A stretch of DNA of 64,000 bases. It comes from Thermoplasmatota archaeon (GTDB lineage: Archaea > Thermoplasmatota > Thermoplasmata > Thermoplasmatales > GCA-001856825). Shown here piece after piece: positions 9,788 to 19,397 of this stretch (position 1 is the first letter of the stretch; each line of letters begins with the position of its first letter). Both the position numbers and the translations under genes were made by a program. Under the pieces are notes generated by a model. It was not told the origin of the DNA. It worked only from the letters and a program-made list of their open reading frames with translations, and searched no databases. The stretch covers positions 344 through 64,343 of the forward strand of contig JAMCUN010000012.1 in NCBI GenBank assembly GCA_023381415.1, in the 5' to 3' direction.

Positions 9788-10228
9788 CTACCTTCCTTCA
9801 AATTTTTTGGAATGCTTGAGTTGATTCAACTTCATCGCTTCAAGGATGATTGCCTTTAGTGCGTCAAATTCTATGTCCTCGTCTTTATGTAAGTCAATCG
9901 CCCTTACTGACTTGCTGTCAAGACGAGCATTGAAAAATCCTTTTGGATCCCCAATCATAGCCCCTTTCGGGAAGGTCAACCTCACGGAGTTCTTAAGTAT
10001 GTTACAGAAACAAATAATGCCCATATAGGACCAAACAGGTATTCCGAGGGGGTTGCTCGGTTTCCTCCATTTGATTTCCTCTACGATTGATGGGTGAACG
10101 CTCTTGATATTTTCGCGCAGGTTTGACAGTTTCTTTCCTCTCCAGTCAGGAGTGCTCATCATTATTCTGTCAATTTGCTTTGACTCGGTTGACTCCTTGC
10201 TTCTTTGATTCACTTTTATTTTTTTCAT
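9788..10228 (-). CDS. DUF1801 (YdhG-like) protein
   Basis: DWRG..L, EEIKW..P.W, LTFPKGA..DP..FN pattern. Confidence 0.8.
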   Translation of the reverse strand: MKKIKVNQRSKESTESKQIDRIMMSTPDWRGKKLSNLRENIKSVHPSIVEEIKWRKPSNPLGIPVWSYMGIICFCNILKNSVRLTFPKGAMIGDPKGFFNARLDSKSVRAIDLHKDEDIEFDALKAIILEAMKLNQLKHSKKFEGR

Positions 10229-10341
10229 ATGCGATTCATTCGCTTGTGAACAGGGCTAATACTGAAGGTAGGTCTTCGCACCCTCTTAAAATCACCAACG
10301 CGCATTTTGGGAATCCCATTTTATTCGATTAATAGTATCAA

Positions 10342-10920
10342 TCATATCTTCCTGAGCACCTTGATCCTGTACTGCCACCTGCCTGACCCTTTTCCCATGA
10401 TCTCTTTCTCAGTTGTTGATAAAGACCTGAAAAATCTGTCATCAGAAGAGTTATAAGGGAAGAGATCTCCTACGACGAAATATCCATTACTTTTCAGGGC
10501 AGCAAATACGTTACGATATCCATCAAATCTCTTCTTTCCCATATTGTGAAAGACAAGGTTAGATATAATTAGGTCAAAATTCCAGTCAGTCGGAAGTGGA
10601 TACACAAGATTGTGCTTGAAAAACTTGACCCTGTCGTCTAATCCCAGGAGTTTCATATTCCTCTCCGCCCTTTCTATTGAGGATCCTGCCAGACTTCCAT
10701 CCTGAAATGTGTCAATACCAGTCACGCTAGAATATCGGAAAACGCGACCGACTATGGAAGATAGGAATCCTAATCCACATCCGGCATCAAGCACATTTAT
10801 CTTTGAATCAGGAGGAAATAGCGTGGGTAGAAGTGATGAGAATACATCTCTCAACTCCCCCCTCAGACTTTCAGATTCCTCCTTTGAGGCGTGATGGTAA
10901 GTCCCGAAATCCAATTTCAT
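10342..10920 (-). CDS. Class I SAM-dependent methyltransferase
   Basis: VLDAGCGLG, FDLIISNLVFHN, LKSNG. Confidence 0.88.
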   Translation of the reverse strand: MKLDFGTYHHASKEESESLRGELRDVFSSLLPTLFPPDSKINVLDAGCGLGFLSSIVGRVFRYSSVTGIDTFQDGSLAGSSIERAERNMKLLGLDDRVKFFKHNLVYPLPTDWNFDLIISNLVFHNMGKKRFDGYRNVFAALKSNGYFVVGDLFPYNSSDDRFFRSLSTTEKEIMGKGSGRWQYRIKVLRKI

Positions 10921-11017
10921 CTCTCTACAAATCAAGCCGATAATTTATATTTGACTAGTATCCTCCATCTAGGCAACAAAAAGTATTATTATTTATTCCC
11001 GGCTGAAATCTCAAACC

Positions 11018-12535
11018 ATGATCATACTCACAGGCAACGACTTGACTCTGGACCAGGTTGTAAGGGTTTCTGACAGGATGGAGAAGGTAGTTGTATCGAG
11101 CGGTGCCATGAACCGCGTCAAGGCTAGCCGTGAAAAAGTTGAGAAAATGATAGATTCAGGCAAACCCATTTATGGCGTCACCACAGGTTTCGGGGATCTG
11201 ATAAGCGAGAGGATAGGTCTGGACAAGATAAGAGAACTCCAAACAAATCTCATACGATCTCATTCCTCTGGATTTGGAGAACCGGTAGACGCAAGGACCG
11301 TAAGGGCGATGATGATAGTAAGGGCCAACTCGCTCAGCAAGGGCTATTCTGGCGTCAGGACGGAGTTGATCCAATCTCTTGTAGACATGATAAATGCCAA
11401 TGTTATCCCGTTCGTCCCGGAGAAGGGGAGCGTGGGTTCATCTGGAGATCTTTCTCCTTTATCGCATCTAGTGCTTACGCTTATAGGGGAGGGTAGGGTG
11501 GTGGAAGACGGGAAAACGGTTGATTCAAAGACGGCACTTTCAAGAAAGGGGCTGAAACCAATAAGCCTGGAGGCAAAGGAAGGTATATCTCTTATCAATG
11601 GAACTTCCTATATGCTGGCCAATCTATCGCTGGGTTATTCGGATTCAGAAAACCTCCTGAAGCATGCCATCATCGCAGCTGGTTTGTCAATGCATGTTTT
11701 GAGCGCCACTGAAAGGGCGCTCGACTGCGGATTATTTGAGGCGAGGCCACATCTCGAGCACGGAATAGTGGCAAAGGCACTTAAATCATTCCTGCAAGGT
11801 AGTGAGAGGATAAGGAAAGGAACGGAATCAAAGGTCCAGGACGCCTATTCTCTCAGATGCATCCCCACTGTTCTTGGGTCGGTTCTCCAAACATTGAACT
11901 ATGTCGGTGGGATAGTGAGGACGGAGCTGAACTCTGCAACAGACAACCCGCTAGTGCTAGAGGAGGTAACTTCAGGATGCAATTTCCACGGGGAACCCCT
12001 GGCTCTCGCGGCCGATTACCTTTCCATAGCAATGACTGAACTAGGGAATATATCGGAAAGGAGGATATTCAGGATGCTTGACAAGTCCCTCTCGGGGCTG
12101 TCGCCTTTCCTGGCTGAAAGGCCAGGAGTAGAGTCCGGGCTAATGATCCCCCAGTACGTCGCTGCATCTTTATGCAACGAAAACAAGGTACTGTCGTATC
12201 CTTCATCTGCCGATAATATCACCACTTCTGCAAATCAGGAGGACCACAATTCTATGGGGGGAACATCAACTAGGAAACTGAGACAGGTGGTGAGGAACGT
12301 CAAGGGAATAATAGCAATTGAAATGCTTGTCTCATACAGGGGGATGATTATGTACGGGTCATCAGGAAAGAACGTCAACACAGCCTATTCTATCCTTAAT
12401 GAGTATCTTGGAGATTTCAAGGGTGACAGGGAAACTACAACTATGATAGAGAAGGTCACAAGGTTAATTGATTCCAATAAGATGCTCGAGGAAATCCCGA
12501 TCAAACTGGATATGCCTGCCTCTTCTTCTTCCTAG
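11018..12535 (+). CDS. hutH: Histidine ammonia-lyase (MIO family)
   Basis: YGVTTGFG, NLIRSH, GSVGSSGDL, KEGISLING, QDAYSLRC, NFHG, NQEDHNSMG. Confidence 0.9.
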   Translation: MIILTGNDLTLDQVVRVSDRMEKVVVSSGAMNRVKASREKVEKMIDSGKPIYGVTTGFGDLISERIGLDKIRELQTNLIRSHSSGFGEPVDARTVRAMMIVRANSLSKGYSGVRTELIQSLVDMINANVIPFVPEKGSVGSSGDLSPLSHLVLTLIGEGRVVEDGKTVDSKTALSRKGLKPISLEAKEGISLINGTSYMLANLSLGYSDSENLLKHAIIAAGLSMHVLSATERALDCGLFEARPHLEHGIVAKALKSFLQGSERIRKGTESKVQDAYSLRCIPTVLGSVLQTLNYVGGIVRTELNSATDNPLVLEEVTSGCNFHGEPLALAADYLSIAMTELGNISERRIFRMLDKSLSGLSPFLAERPGVESGLMIPQYVAASLCNENKVLSYPSSADNITTSANQEDHNSMGGTSTRKLRQVVRNVKGIIAIEMLVSYRGMIMYGSSGKNVNTAYSILNEYLGDFKGDRETTTMIEKVTRLIDSNKMLEEIPIKLDMPASSSS

Positions 12536-12686
12536 AACAGATTGCGAATTCGTCGCCATCGAAGAATACCTCCCTTTCAGGATACTCCTTTCTTATTTCC
12601 TCGACCATGTCTAGGATTTCCTTTACGGTGAGATTAGTATTTCTCCCTATCTTCCTGTGAACTATCTTGTCCTCAAGGGAGTCCAT
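12501..12686 (-). CDS. Small hypothetical protein downstream of hisS
   Basis: 61 aa, ATG start, protein-like composition (YPEREVFFDGDEFAIC). Confidence 0.65.
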   Translation of the reverse strand: MDSLEDKIVHRKIGRNTNLTVKEILDMVEEIRKEYPEREVFFDGDEFAICSRKKKRQAYPV

Positions 12687-12747
12687 CTGTACTTGGTTAT
12701 CAGTTGTTAACTATAAAAGTTTCTTGAAACTTTCTTCCAGTACGGGA

Positions 12748-13983
12748 TCATTTCAGCAGGGAGATGAGTTCTCCAGCTTTTTCGAGTTCCACCTCTGTCT
12801 GGCTGCCTGTACCCATATTCTTCAGTGATATGGACTGCTTCCTGGCCTCATTTTCCCCAAGCACTACTACATACTGGTACCCCATCTTTGCGGCGTAGTC
12901 GAGCTGTTTGCTTATCCCCCTGTCCGTAACGTTCAAATCAACTTTGAGGCCAAGGTTGCGCAATACAGATGCCGCTCTGACAGCATAATCCCTCCCAGCC
13001 TGATCAATGGGTGCTACAAAAACTCCAATTTCCCTCCTTTGGGTCCAGAGACCGTTCGCCTTCAGGATGTTCTCAAGCACGGCATCCCCCATCGCAAATC
13101 CAGTTGCAGGGGTCTGATCCCCCCCGAGTTGTGCTATGACGTTATCGTATCTACCCCCTCCAAGAATTGATCTCTGTTTTTCCTCCCTGTCTGATGCCTC
13201 GAAGACGCATCCTGTGTAGTATGCTATCCCCCGGACTATCTTAAGGTCTATATCAACCTCCATGCCGACTGATGATATTACGTAGTCACGAATTTTGTAC
13301 AATCTATCAAGTTCTGGGTCGCTCACTCCTTCCAGAATCTTCCCATTTACGAAGGACATGATGGTCTCCATATTCAGCGACTTTTCCGTTGCATACGCTT
13401 CCCTCTCCTCTTCCGTGAGCTTTGACCATCTGTCCAGTATGTAGTAAACTTCATCCCTCTTCCCAGGAAGGTTTCTCTCTATCAGCCTGTCTATCAATAT
13501 TCTGGAACTAACTCTCAGCTTGGTTACGTCCCCAACGCCCAACTTCTTCAGGATGTAACCCCCAAGGGAGATCACCTCTGCGTCGGCGAAAAAACTTTCA
13601 CTCCCAAGAATGTCGGCGTTTAGCTGGTAGAATTCCCTCAGTCTTCCAGACTGGGGTTCCTCGTATCTCCAGAACTTTTCTACGCTGAACCATTTCAGCG
13701 GCTTCACAAGGTCCTTCCTGGAAGCAACCATTCTGGATAGGGTCGGTGTAAACTCCGGTATGAGGGTGATGTCCCTCCCTCCCTTGTCCTTAAATGAAAA
13801 CATCTGGTTCATTATCTCCATTCCGGATTTGTTGGCAAACAGTTCAATGCTTTCGACTGATGGTGCGTCTATCTCCTTGAAACCGAACTGCCTGCAGGAT
13901 TCCTTCATAGTGGCGAAAATTTCACTCCTGATCTCCTGCTCCTCCGGGTAGAAGTCCCTGAATCCCTTAAGTCTTTCAACCAT
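12748..13983 (-). CDS. hisS: Histidine--tRNA ligase
   Basis: KGFRDF, WRYEEPQSGRLREFYQ, RGIAYYTG, GGGRYD; start placed at ATG 13983. Confidence 0.96.
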   Translation of the reverse strand: MVERLKGFRDFYPEEQEIRSEIFATMKESCRQFGFKEIDAPSVESIELFANKSGMEIMNQMFSFKDKGGRDITLIPEFTPTLSRMVASRKDLVKPLKWFSVEKFWRYEEPQSGRLREFYQLNADILGSESFFADAEVISLGGYILKKLGVGDVTKLRVSSRILIDRLIERNLPGKRDEVYYILDRWSKLTEEEREAYATEKSLNMETIMSFVNGKILEGVSDPELDRLYKIRDYVISSVGMEVDIDLKIVRGIAYYTGCVFEASDREEKQRSILGGGRYDNVIAQLGGDQTPATGFAMGDAVLENILKANGLWTQRREIGVFVAPIDQAGRDYAVRAASVLRNLGLKVDLNVTDRGISKQLDYAAKMGYQYVVVLGENEARKQSISLKNMGTGSQTEVELEKAGELISLLK

Positions 13984-14251
13984 TACCACTGCACTCTCTA
14001 TCTCCACATAAGCCCAAACTATGTTAAAATTGCTCAAGAGCCGATGCTATCCAATCACTCTGATAAAATCCAGGGTGGTAGAGGGGGAAAGGGGCTATGG
14101 AGAAACCACTTAGGTATCCATATTGGAAGCGTAGCAGCACAAAGTTCCCCGTCCTTCCATTAAACCATCCCGCACAATGCAGGGAGGAACATATTCAGCC
14201 CTTGCCCTACAATTAACTATTTATATACACTATATATAAACTGCGAAAATT

Positions 14252-14809
14252 ATGGCAGACGAAGAAAACATAGCAATTGAGAACATAGTTGCATCAACTT
14301 CACTCGCCGATAAACTTGACCTCAGCAAGATAGCCCTTGCACTGGAAGGGTCTGAGTACGAGCCGGAACAGTTTCCTGGACTGATATACAGACTTTCTGA
14401 GCCTAAGACTGCAGTCCTGATATTCAGGTCAGGCAAGGTAAACTGCACCGGTGCCAAGACGATCGACTCGGTCAACAAGACAATAAGCACAATAGTGGAT
14501 AAGTTGAAGAAGACCGGCATTGCAGTCAACAGCAACCCGGATATCGTGGTACAGAACATAGTGGCTGTTTATGACCTGAACATGCAGCTAAACCTCACTA
14601 ACATTGCAATGTCACTCGGGTTGGAGAACGTTGAGTATGAGCCTGAACAGTTCCCGGGACTTGTGTACAGGATAGAGGAGCCAAAGGTCGTCCTTCTCCT
14701 GTTCGGCTCAGGAAAGGTAGTCTGCACCGGAGCAAAGGAGAAGGGAGAAATTTCCCAGGCCGTAAAGATTCTAAAGAAGGATTTGGAGAAGATAACAGCA
14801 GTCAAATGA
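14252..14809 (+). CDS. tbp: TATA-box binding protein
   Basis: Two repeats of NIVA..YEPEQFPGL..F.SGK.CTGAK. Confidence 0.98.
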   Translation: MADEENIAIENIVASTSLADKLDLSKIALALEGSEYEPEQFPGLIYRLSEPKTAVLIFRSGKVNCTGAKTIDSVNKTISTIVDKLKKTGIAVNSNPDIVVQNIVAVYDLNMQLNLTNIAMSLGLENVEYEPEQFPGLVYRIEEPKVVLLLFGSGKVVCTGAKEKGEISQAVKILKKDLEKITAVK

Positions 14810-15048
14810 CCGTAAGGGAAAAGACGGGCAGGAAGCGGTACGTCCACTTCATTAACCCGTCTCCGGAGAAGCTCAGGAGAATCGTTCAACTTTTTGATGA
14901 TTCGAGGGTAGTCAATTATGGTGGCGTTATTGCACTGAGGATCAGGCATAACCAGTTGAGAAACCTCAGGGATAAGGCGGCGGAGCTGAACATAGGCATC
15001 GACATGGTGTCCGGGACCCTCAAGGCGCTCAGGAGGAAGGTTTCATAG
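14806..15048 (+). CDS. Short Rpp14/Pop5-like RNase P protein
   Basis: N-terminal RKRYV and C-terminal VSGTLKALRRK match Pop5 motifs; ATGA-coupled to tbp. Confidence 0.65.
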   Translation: MTVREKTGRKRYVHFINPSPEKLRRIVQLFDDSRVVNYGGVIALRIRHNQLRNLRDKAAELNIGIDMVSGTLKALRRKVS

Positions 15049-16263
15049 TTCCAGGGAGAGGACCTCGTCTACATCAAGGTCCGTTCTTCTCCCTATCATT
15101 TCCCTGAATTCCTCGTCCCTTTGCAGTAGGTAGTAGAAGTAAATGAGGGAATCCTTGTTCATGAAGGCAGACGACTTGTGGACGTATCTCCCCATTACCA
15201 TAGAAAAGTTCTTTCTGATCCCCCTGTACTTCTTCAGGGAAGACATGTTCCTAATCAGAGACGGGAAAGCAAATTTCTCGAATCTATCGCTCTTCAGATT
15301 CAATTCTGAGATGTAGGCCATCAGATCATTCGCATAAGACCAGAGGGAATAGTTCATCCTTCTTCCAACCCTGCCTAGGAATAGATCGGCAATACCTATG
15401 CTCCTCAGCGCAGTCTCGTAATCTTCCACCCTGGAATGAAGTGGGTATATGTTTTCAAGCAGGTAAAGGATGAAATCGTTAGGGTCCATCCCGACATTCA
15501 TTATTTCCGCCTTGGTCCCACGGATATCTCTGTTATGGCCGTGGAGTATGTCGTTGATTACTGCATACGCAGTAAGCGTAATGTCTCTCCCTTCGGCCTC
15601 GTAAATTTCCCCAATTCCTTGCAGGTCGTTTACAGCTGCCCTCATGTCTCCGTTTGCATTCTCAGCTATCTCATTCAACTTATCTGCAGGTGCGTAGATC
15701 CCCTCGTTCTGGAGGATCTCCTTGAGGACACTGACGATCTGAGACTTCATGTACCTTCTGAACTCAACCTGCTCGCACCTGTCTACTATTGTCTTCCCCG
15801 AACTTGAAGAGCGGAGAGCATACAGGTCATTGGCAATGAGTATCACAGGATTGAGAGTCTTCTCCAGAAGATTGGCTATTGCAGCCTTCCCCCCGGCGTC
15901 TGATCCTTCAACATTCCTTTCATATAGGGAATCCACCTCGTCCATGACTATTAGCTTCTTCCTGTTCCTTTCATCTGATATTGATGAATAGAACGACCCC
16001 TTAGTTGCATTCTGTTCAATGGCATCCTTAGACCGTATGTCTGAGGCGTTGAATTCCACATATTCCCAGTCCATCTCCTTAGCCAAGGCGATGGCAGAGG
16101 AAGTCTTTCCGGTGCCTGGTGCACCATAGATGATGAGCCCTTTCTTTGACGGGATTCCTTCTTTCCACTTCTTGGCCCAGGATATCATCGTCTCTACCGC
16201 CTTTTCCCTCTTGAGCTGGCTAAGAAGGGCTGGCCTGTATTTCTCGGTCCAGGGGATTTCCAC
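15043..16263 (-). CDS. rfcL: Replication factor C large subunit
   Basis: PWTEKYRP, GAPGTGKT, NASD, DEVD, GDMRAAVNDLQ; probable GTG start 16263. Confidence 0.95.
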   Translation of the reverse strand: MEIPWTEKYRPALLSQLKREKAVETMISWAKKWKEGIPSKKGLIIYGAPGTGKTSSAIALAKEMDWEYVEFNASDIRSKDAIEQNATKGSFYSSISDERNRKKLIVMDEVDSLYERNVEGSDAGGKAAIANLLEKTLNPVILIANDLYALRSSSSGKTIVDRCEQVEFRRYMKSQIVSVLKEILQNEGIYAPADKLNEIAENANGDMRAAVNDLQGIGEIYEAEGRDITLTAYAVINDILHGHNRDIRGTKAEIMNVGMDPNDFILYLLENIYPLHSRVEDYETALRSIGIADLFLGRVGRRMNYSLWSYANDLMAYISELNLKSDRFEKFAFPSLIRNMSSLKKYRGIRKNFSMVMGRYVHKSSAFMNKDSLIYFYYLLQRDEEFREMIGRRTDLDVDEVLSLEL

Positions 16264-16343
16264 AATTACAGATTGTTTTGTAGTTAAAACCTTTGTCTTC
16301 TGGCGGAACAAAGATTAAATTAATTTGTTGCGGTTGCGGACTC

Positions 16344-17387
16344 ATGAAGATTAATCTGGATGGGAGGGTAAGCAACATCAAGGCAGTGTGGTACGAAGAG
16401 CCGGTCATAAAGATGATAGACCAGAGAATATTGCCGGATGCATTCAAGGTCGTTGACATCAAGAACACCAAGGAACTCTTTGATGGAATCAGGAACATGA
16501 CGGTGAGGGGTGCACCGTCCATAGGCGCAGCAGCTGCTTATGGCATCGCTCAGGCGAAGGCCCTAGGAATGGACCTGGAAGAAGCAGGGAAAATTATAAA
16601 GTCGGCAAGACCGACTGCAAATGACCTGTTTTTTGCTGTGGACTTCGTGCTCGAGCACAAGGAAGATGCAAAGAAGTATGCAGAAATCTATGTGGATTCA
16701 ATAGTGGAAAGGTCCCGGCTGATAGGGGTAAATGGCAACGAACTGATAGGGAAGAACAAGAAAATACTGACCCATTGCAATGCAGGAGCCCTTGCCTCAG
16801 TTGATTATGGAACTGCTCTGTCCCCCATCAGGATGGCTAGTGAGAGTGGAAAAGACCCTTTCGTCTGGGTTGACGAAACCAGACCAAGGCTGCAGGGGGC
16901 AAAGCTCACAGCATGGGAACTGGTCCAAGAGGGTATAAGACATAAGGTTATTGCAGACAACGCTGCAGGGTTCCTCATGGAAAGGGGAGAGGTGGACCTG
17001 GCGATTGTTGGTGCAGACAGGATCACAGAGAATGGTGACTTCGCTAACAAGATAGGCACTTATGAGAAGGCAGTTCTCGCCAAGGAGAACGGGGTAAGCT
17101 TCTACGTTGCAGCTCCACTCAGCACGTTTGATTTCGATATAAAGAACGGGAGAGGTATTCCGATAGAGGTAAGGGGAGAAGACGAGGTAAAGGAGGTGAA
17201 AGGCGTCCAGATTTCACCAAAGGAGTCAATGGCTTACAACCCGGCATTTGATGTGACGCCAAACAGGTATGTTACTGGGTACATCACTGAATACGGGATA
17301 TTCAAGAGTTCAGATCTTCACAAACTCAAGGGCAAGGGGAAGGAATCCACAATTGAACAAATTGGGAGTGTTCAGAAAGGAATTTAA
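16344..17387 (+). CDS. mtnA: Methylthioribose-1-phosphate isomerase (eIF2B-like family)
   Basis: DQR.LP, VRGAPSIG, RPTA, THCNAGALA, ETRPRLQG, NPAFDVTP. Confidence 0.92.
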   Translation: MKINLDGRVSNIKAVWYEEPVIKMIDQRILPDAFKVVDIKNTKELFDGIRNMTVRGAPSIGAAAAYGIAQAKALGMDLEEAGKIIKSARPTANDLFFAVDFVLEHKEDAKKYAEIYVDSIVERSRLIGVNGNELIGKNKKILTHCNAGALASVDYGTALSPIRMASESGKDPFVWVDETRPRLQGAKLTAWELVQEGIRHKVIADNAAGFLMERGEVDLAIVGADRITENGDFANKIGTYEKAVLAKENGVSFYVAAPLSTFDFDIKNGRGIPIEVRGEDEVKEVKGVQISPKESMAYNPAFDVTPNRYVTGYITEYGIFKSSDLHKLKGKGKESTIEQIGSVQKGI

Positions 17388-17409
17388 CGTATCTCGGGAT
17401 GATCTCTGA

Positions 17410-19371
17410 GTGCCCGTGACAAGTAGAAACATCCTCTGGAAATCAGAAAAATTCTGCGAACAGTCTAACATGAAGAAATATCAGGAATGGATCGGAGAAA
17501 GGTACGGAAAGGATTTCAAGGAGTATGAGGAACTTAGGACCTGGTCAATTCAGAACCCTTCTGATTTCTGGGAGTCAATTCTTCATTATTTCAGGGTGAA
17601 GAGTGAAGGGGAATACAAGAGAGTGATGAGCTCTCCTACGATGCCAGATACTCGTTGGTTTGAAGGGCTGAAGCTTAACTACGCAGAAAATAATCTAACA
17701 CTGGGGGATCAGCAAGAGCTAGTCCTTTTTTTCAACGAGTCTGGTGAGAAGAGGGCGGTCTCCAGGGCGGAATTCATCGGAAGGGCAGGTGGAATCCAAA
17801 AATACCTCATTGATGCAGGGCTGAAGCCAGGCGATAGGGTAGCATCGCTTCTGCCTAATGTCCCCGAAGCTATGGAGGCCCTCTACGCTACAGCAGCTTC
17901 AGGTGCCATCTGGTCCAGCTCTTCACCAGATTTCGGCCCGGAGGCTATACTGGAAAGGTTCAAGCAAATCACGCCTAAGTTCCTGTTTGCCCCGGATAGC
18001 TACACTTACGGAGGCAGGAGATTCGATAAGTCGGATGTCATAAAGAAGGTAATGGAAAGTATTCCATCGATCGAAATGGTTTTAATTCTGGGGGAACGCG
18101 ACATTAAGGGGGTTAGTAACTCAGTACAATTATCTTCTATCATCAGGAACAGTGGTGGCCTGGTCTTTAAAAAGGTACCATTCGACAATCCATTGTGGAT
18201 ACTTTACTCCTCAGGAACCACCGGTCCCCCAAAAGCAATCGTCCACAGCCATGGTGGCATACTTCTGGAGCATCTGAAGCTTCTGGGCCTTCATTACAAT
18301 CAGAAGGCCGGGGACAGATTCTTCTGGTACACCACAACGGGATGGATGATGTGGAACGTACTAGTAAGTTCAATCGCAACAGGTGCATCTGCAGTTCTGT
18401 ACGATGGAAGCGCAACATATCCAGATAACTACTACCTGTGGAAAGTCGCAGATGAAGAAAGGTTTTCATTCTTCGGAACAAGTGCGGCGTATATCTCGTA
18501 CCTCCTCAAGGAAAGGGTGAAGATCATGGATAGGTACCCTCTAAGAAATCTTTACGCAATAGGTTCAACGGGGTCTCCACTTTCGAGGGAAGGGTTCCGT
18601 TATGTTTACGAGAGCATAAAGAAGGATGTGTGGCTGGCCTCAATCAGTGGGGGAACAGACCTCTGTACCGCTTTCCTCGGCGGATGCCCCTGTCTACCGG
18701 TAATAGAGGGAGAGCTCCAATGCATAGACCTTGGAGCAGACATATGCTCATTTGACGAAGAGGGGAATCCAATAGTGGAGCAGGTGGGAGAACTGGTTAT
18801 AAAGAAACCGATGCCGTCGATGCCCGTCTTCCTGTGGAACGATGACGGAGAGAAGTTGAAGGAGACTTATTTCTCCAAATATCCGGGAATATGGAGGCAT
18901 GGGGACTGGCTTTACCTTACATCAGAAGGGTCTGCAATCATCTACGGCAGATCTGATTCCACACTTAAGAGGAGGGGAATAAGGATAGGTACTGCTGAGA
19001 TTTACGGGGTCATTGATGCGATTAATGAGGTGAAGGACAGCATTATTGTAGGCATTGAGTTGGAAGGTGGAGAATACTACATGCCCCTATTCGTGGTGAC
19101 TGACAAGGATGAAGATTTTGACCAGGTGAAGAGTAAGATTGTGGATAGGCTGAAGTCAGACCTTTCACCCAGACATGTTCCTGATGAAATAATAAGGGTT
19201 TCACAGGTTCCAAGAACGATCAATGGCAAAAAGATGGAAGTTCCCCTGAAAAAGCTGCTAATGGGATTCCCGCCAGATAAGGCGATGAATGTGGGTTCAA
19301 TGGCAAACCCTGAATCACTCAAAGAGTACCTCGAATTCGCAGAATCTATAAAGAAAAGGAAAGCCCTCTGA
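17410..19371 (+). CDS. Acetoacetate--CoA ligase
   Basis: WF.G.KLNYAEN, YSSGTTGPPK, WMMWN, SGGTDLC, WRHGD, GKKMEVP, ANPES. Confidence 0.92.
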   Translation: MPVTSRNILWKSEKFCEQSNMKKYQEWIGERYGKDFKEYEELRTWSIQNPSDFWESILHYFRVKSEGEYKRVMSSPTMPDTRWFEGLKLNYAENNLTLGDQQELVLFFNESGEKRAVSRAEFIGRAGGIQKYLIDAGLKPGDRVASLLPNVPEAMEALYATAASGAIWSSSSPDFGPEAILERFKQITPKFLFAPDSYTYGGRRFDKSDVIKKVMESIPSIEMVLILGERDIKGVSNSVQLSSIIRNSGGLVFKKVPFDNPLWILYSSGTTGPPKAIVHSHGGILLEHLKLLGLHYNQKAGDRFFWYTTTGWMMWNVLVSSIATGASAVLYDGSATYPDNYYLWKVADEERFSFFGTSAAYISYLLKERVKIMDRYPLRNLYAIGSTGSPLSREGFRYVYESIKKDVWLASISGGTDLCTAFLGGCPCLPVIEGELQCIDLGADICSFDEEGNPIVEQVGELVIKKPMPSMPVFLWNDDGEKLKETYFSKYPGIWRHGDWLYLTSEGSAIIYGRSDSTLKRRGIRIGTAEIYGVIDAINEVKDSIIVGIELEGGEYYMPLFVVTDKDEDFDQVKSKIVDRLKSDLSPRHVPDEIIRVSQVPRTINGKKMEVPLKKLLMGFPPDKAMNVGSMANPESLKEYLEFAESIKKRKAL

Positions 19372-19397
19372 TTCCTTTGTTTTAGCTTACCAGCTCC

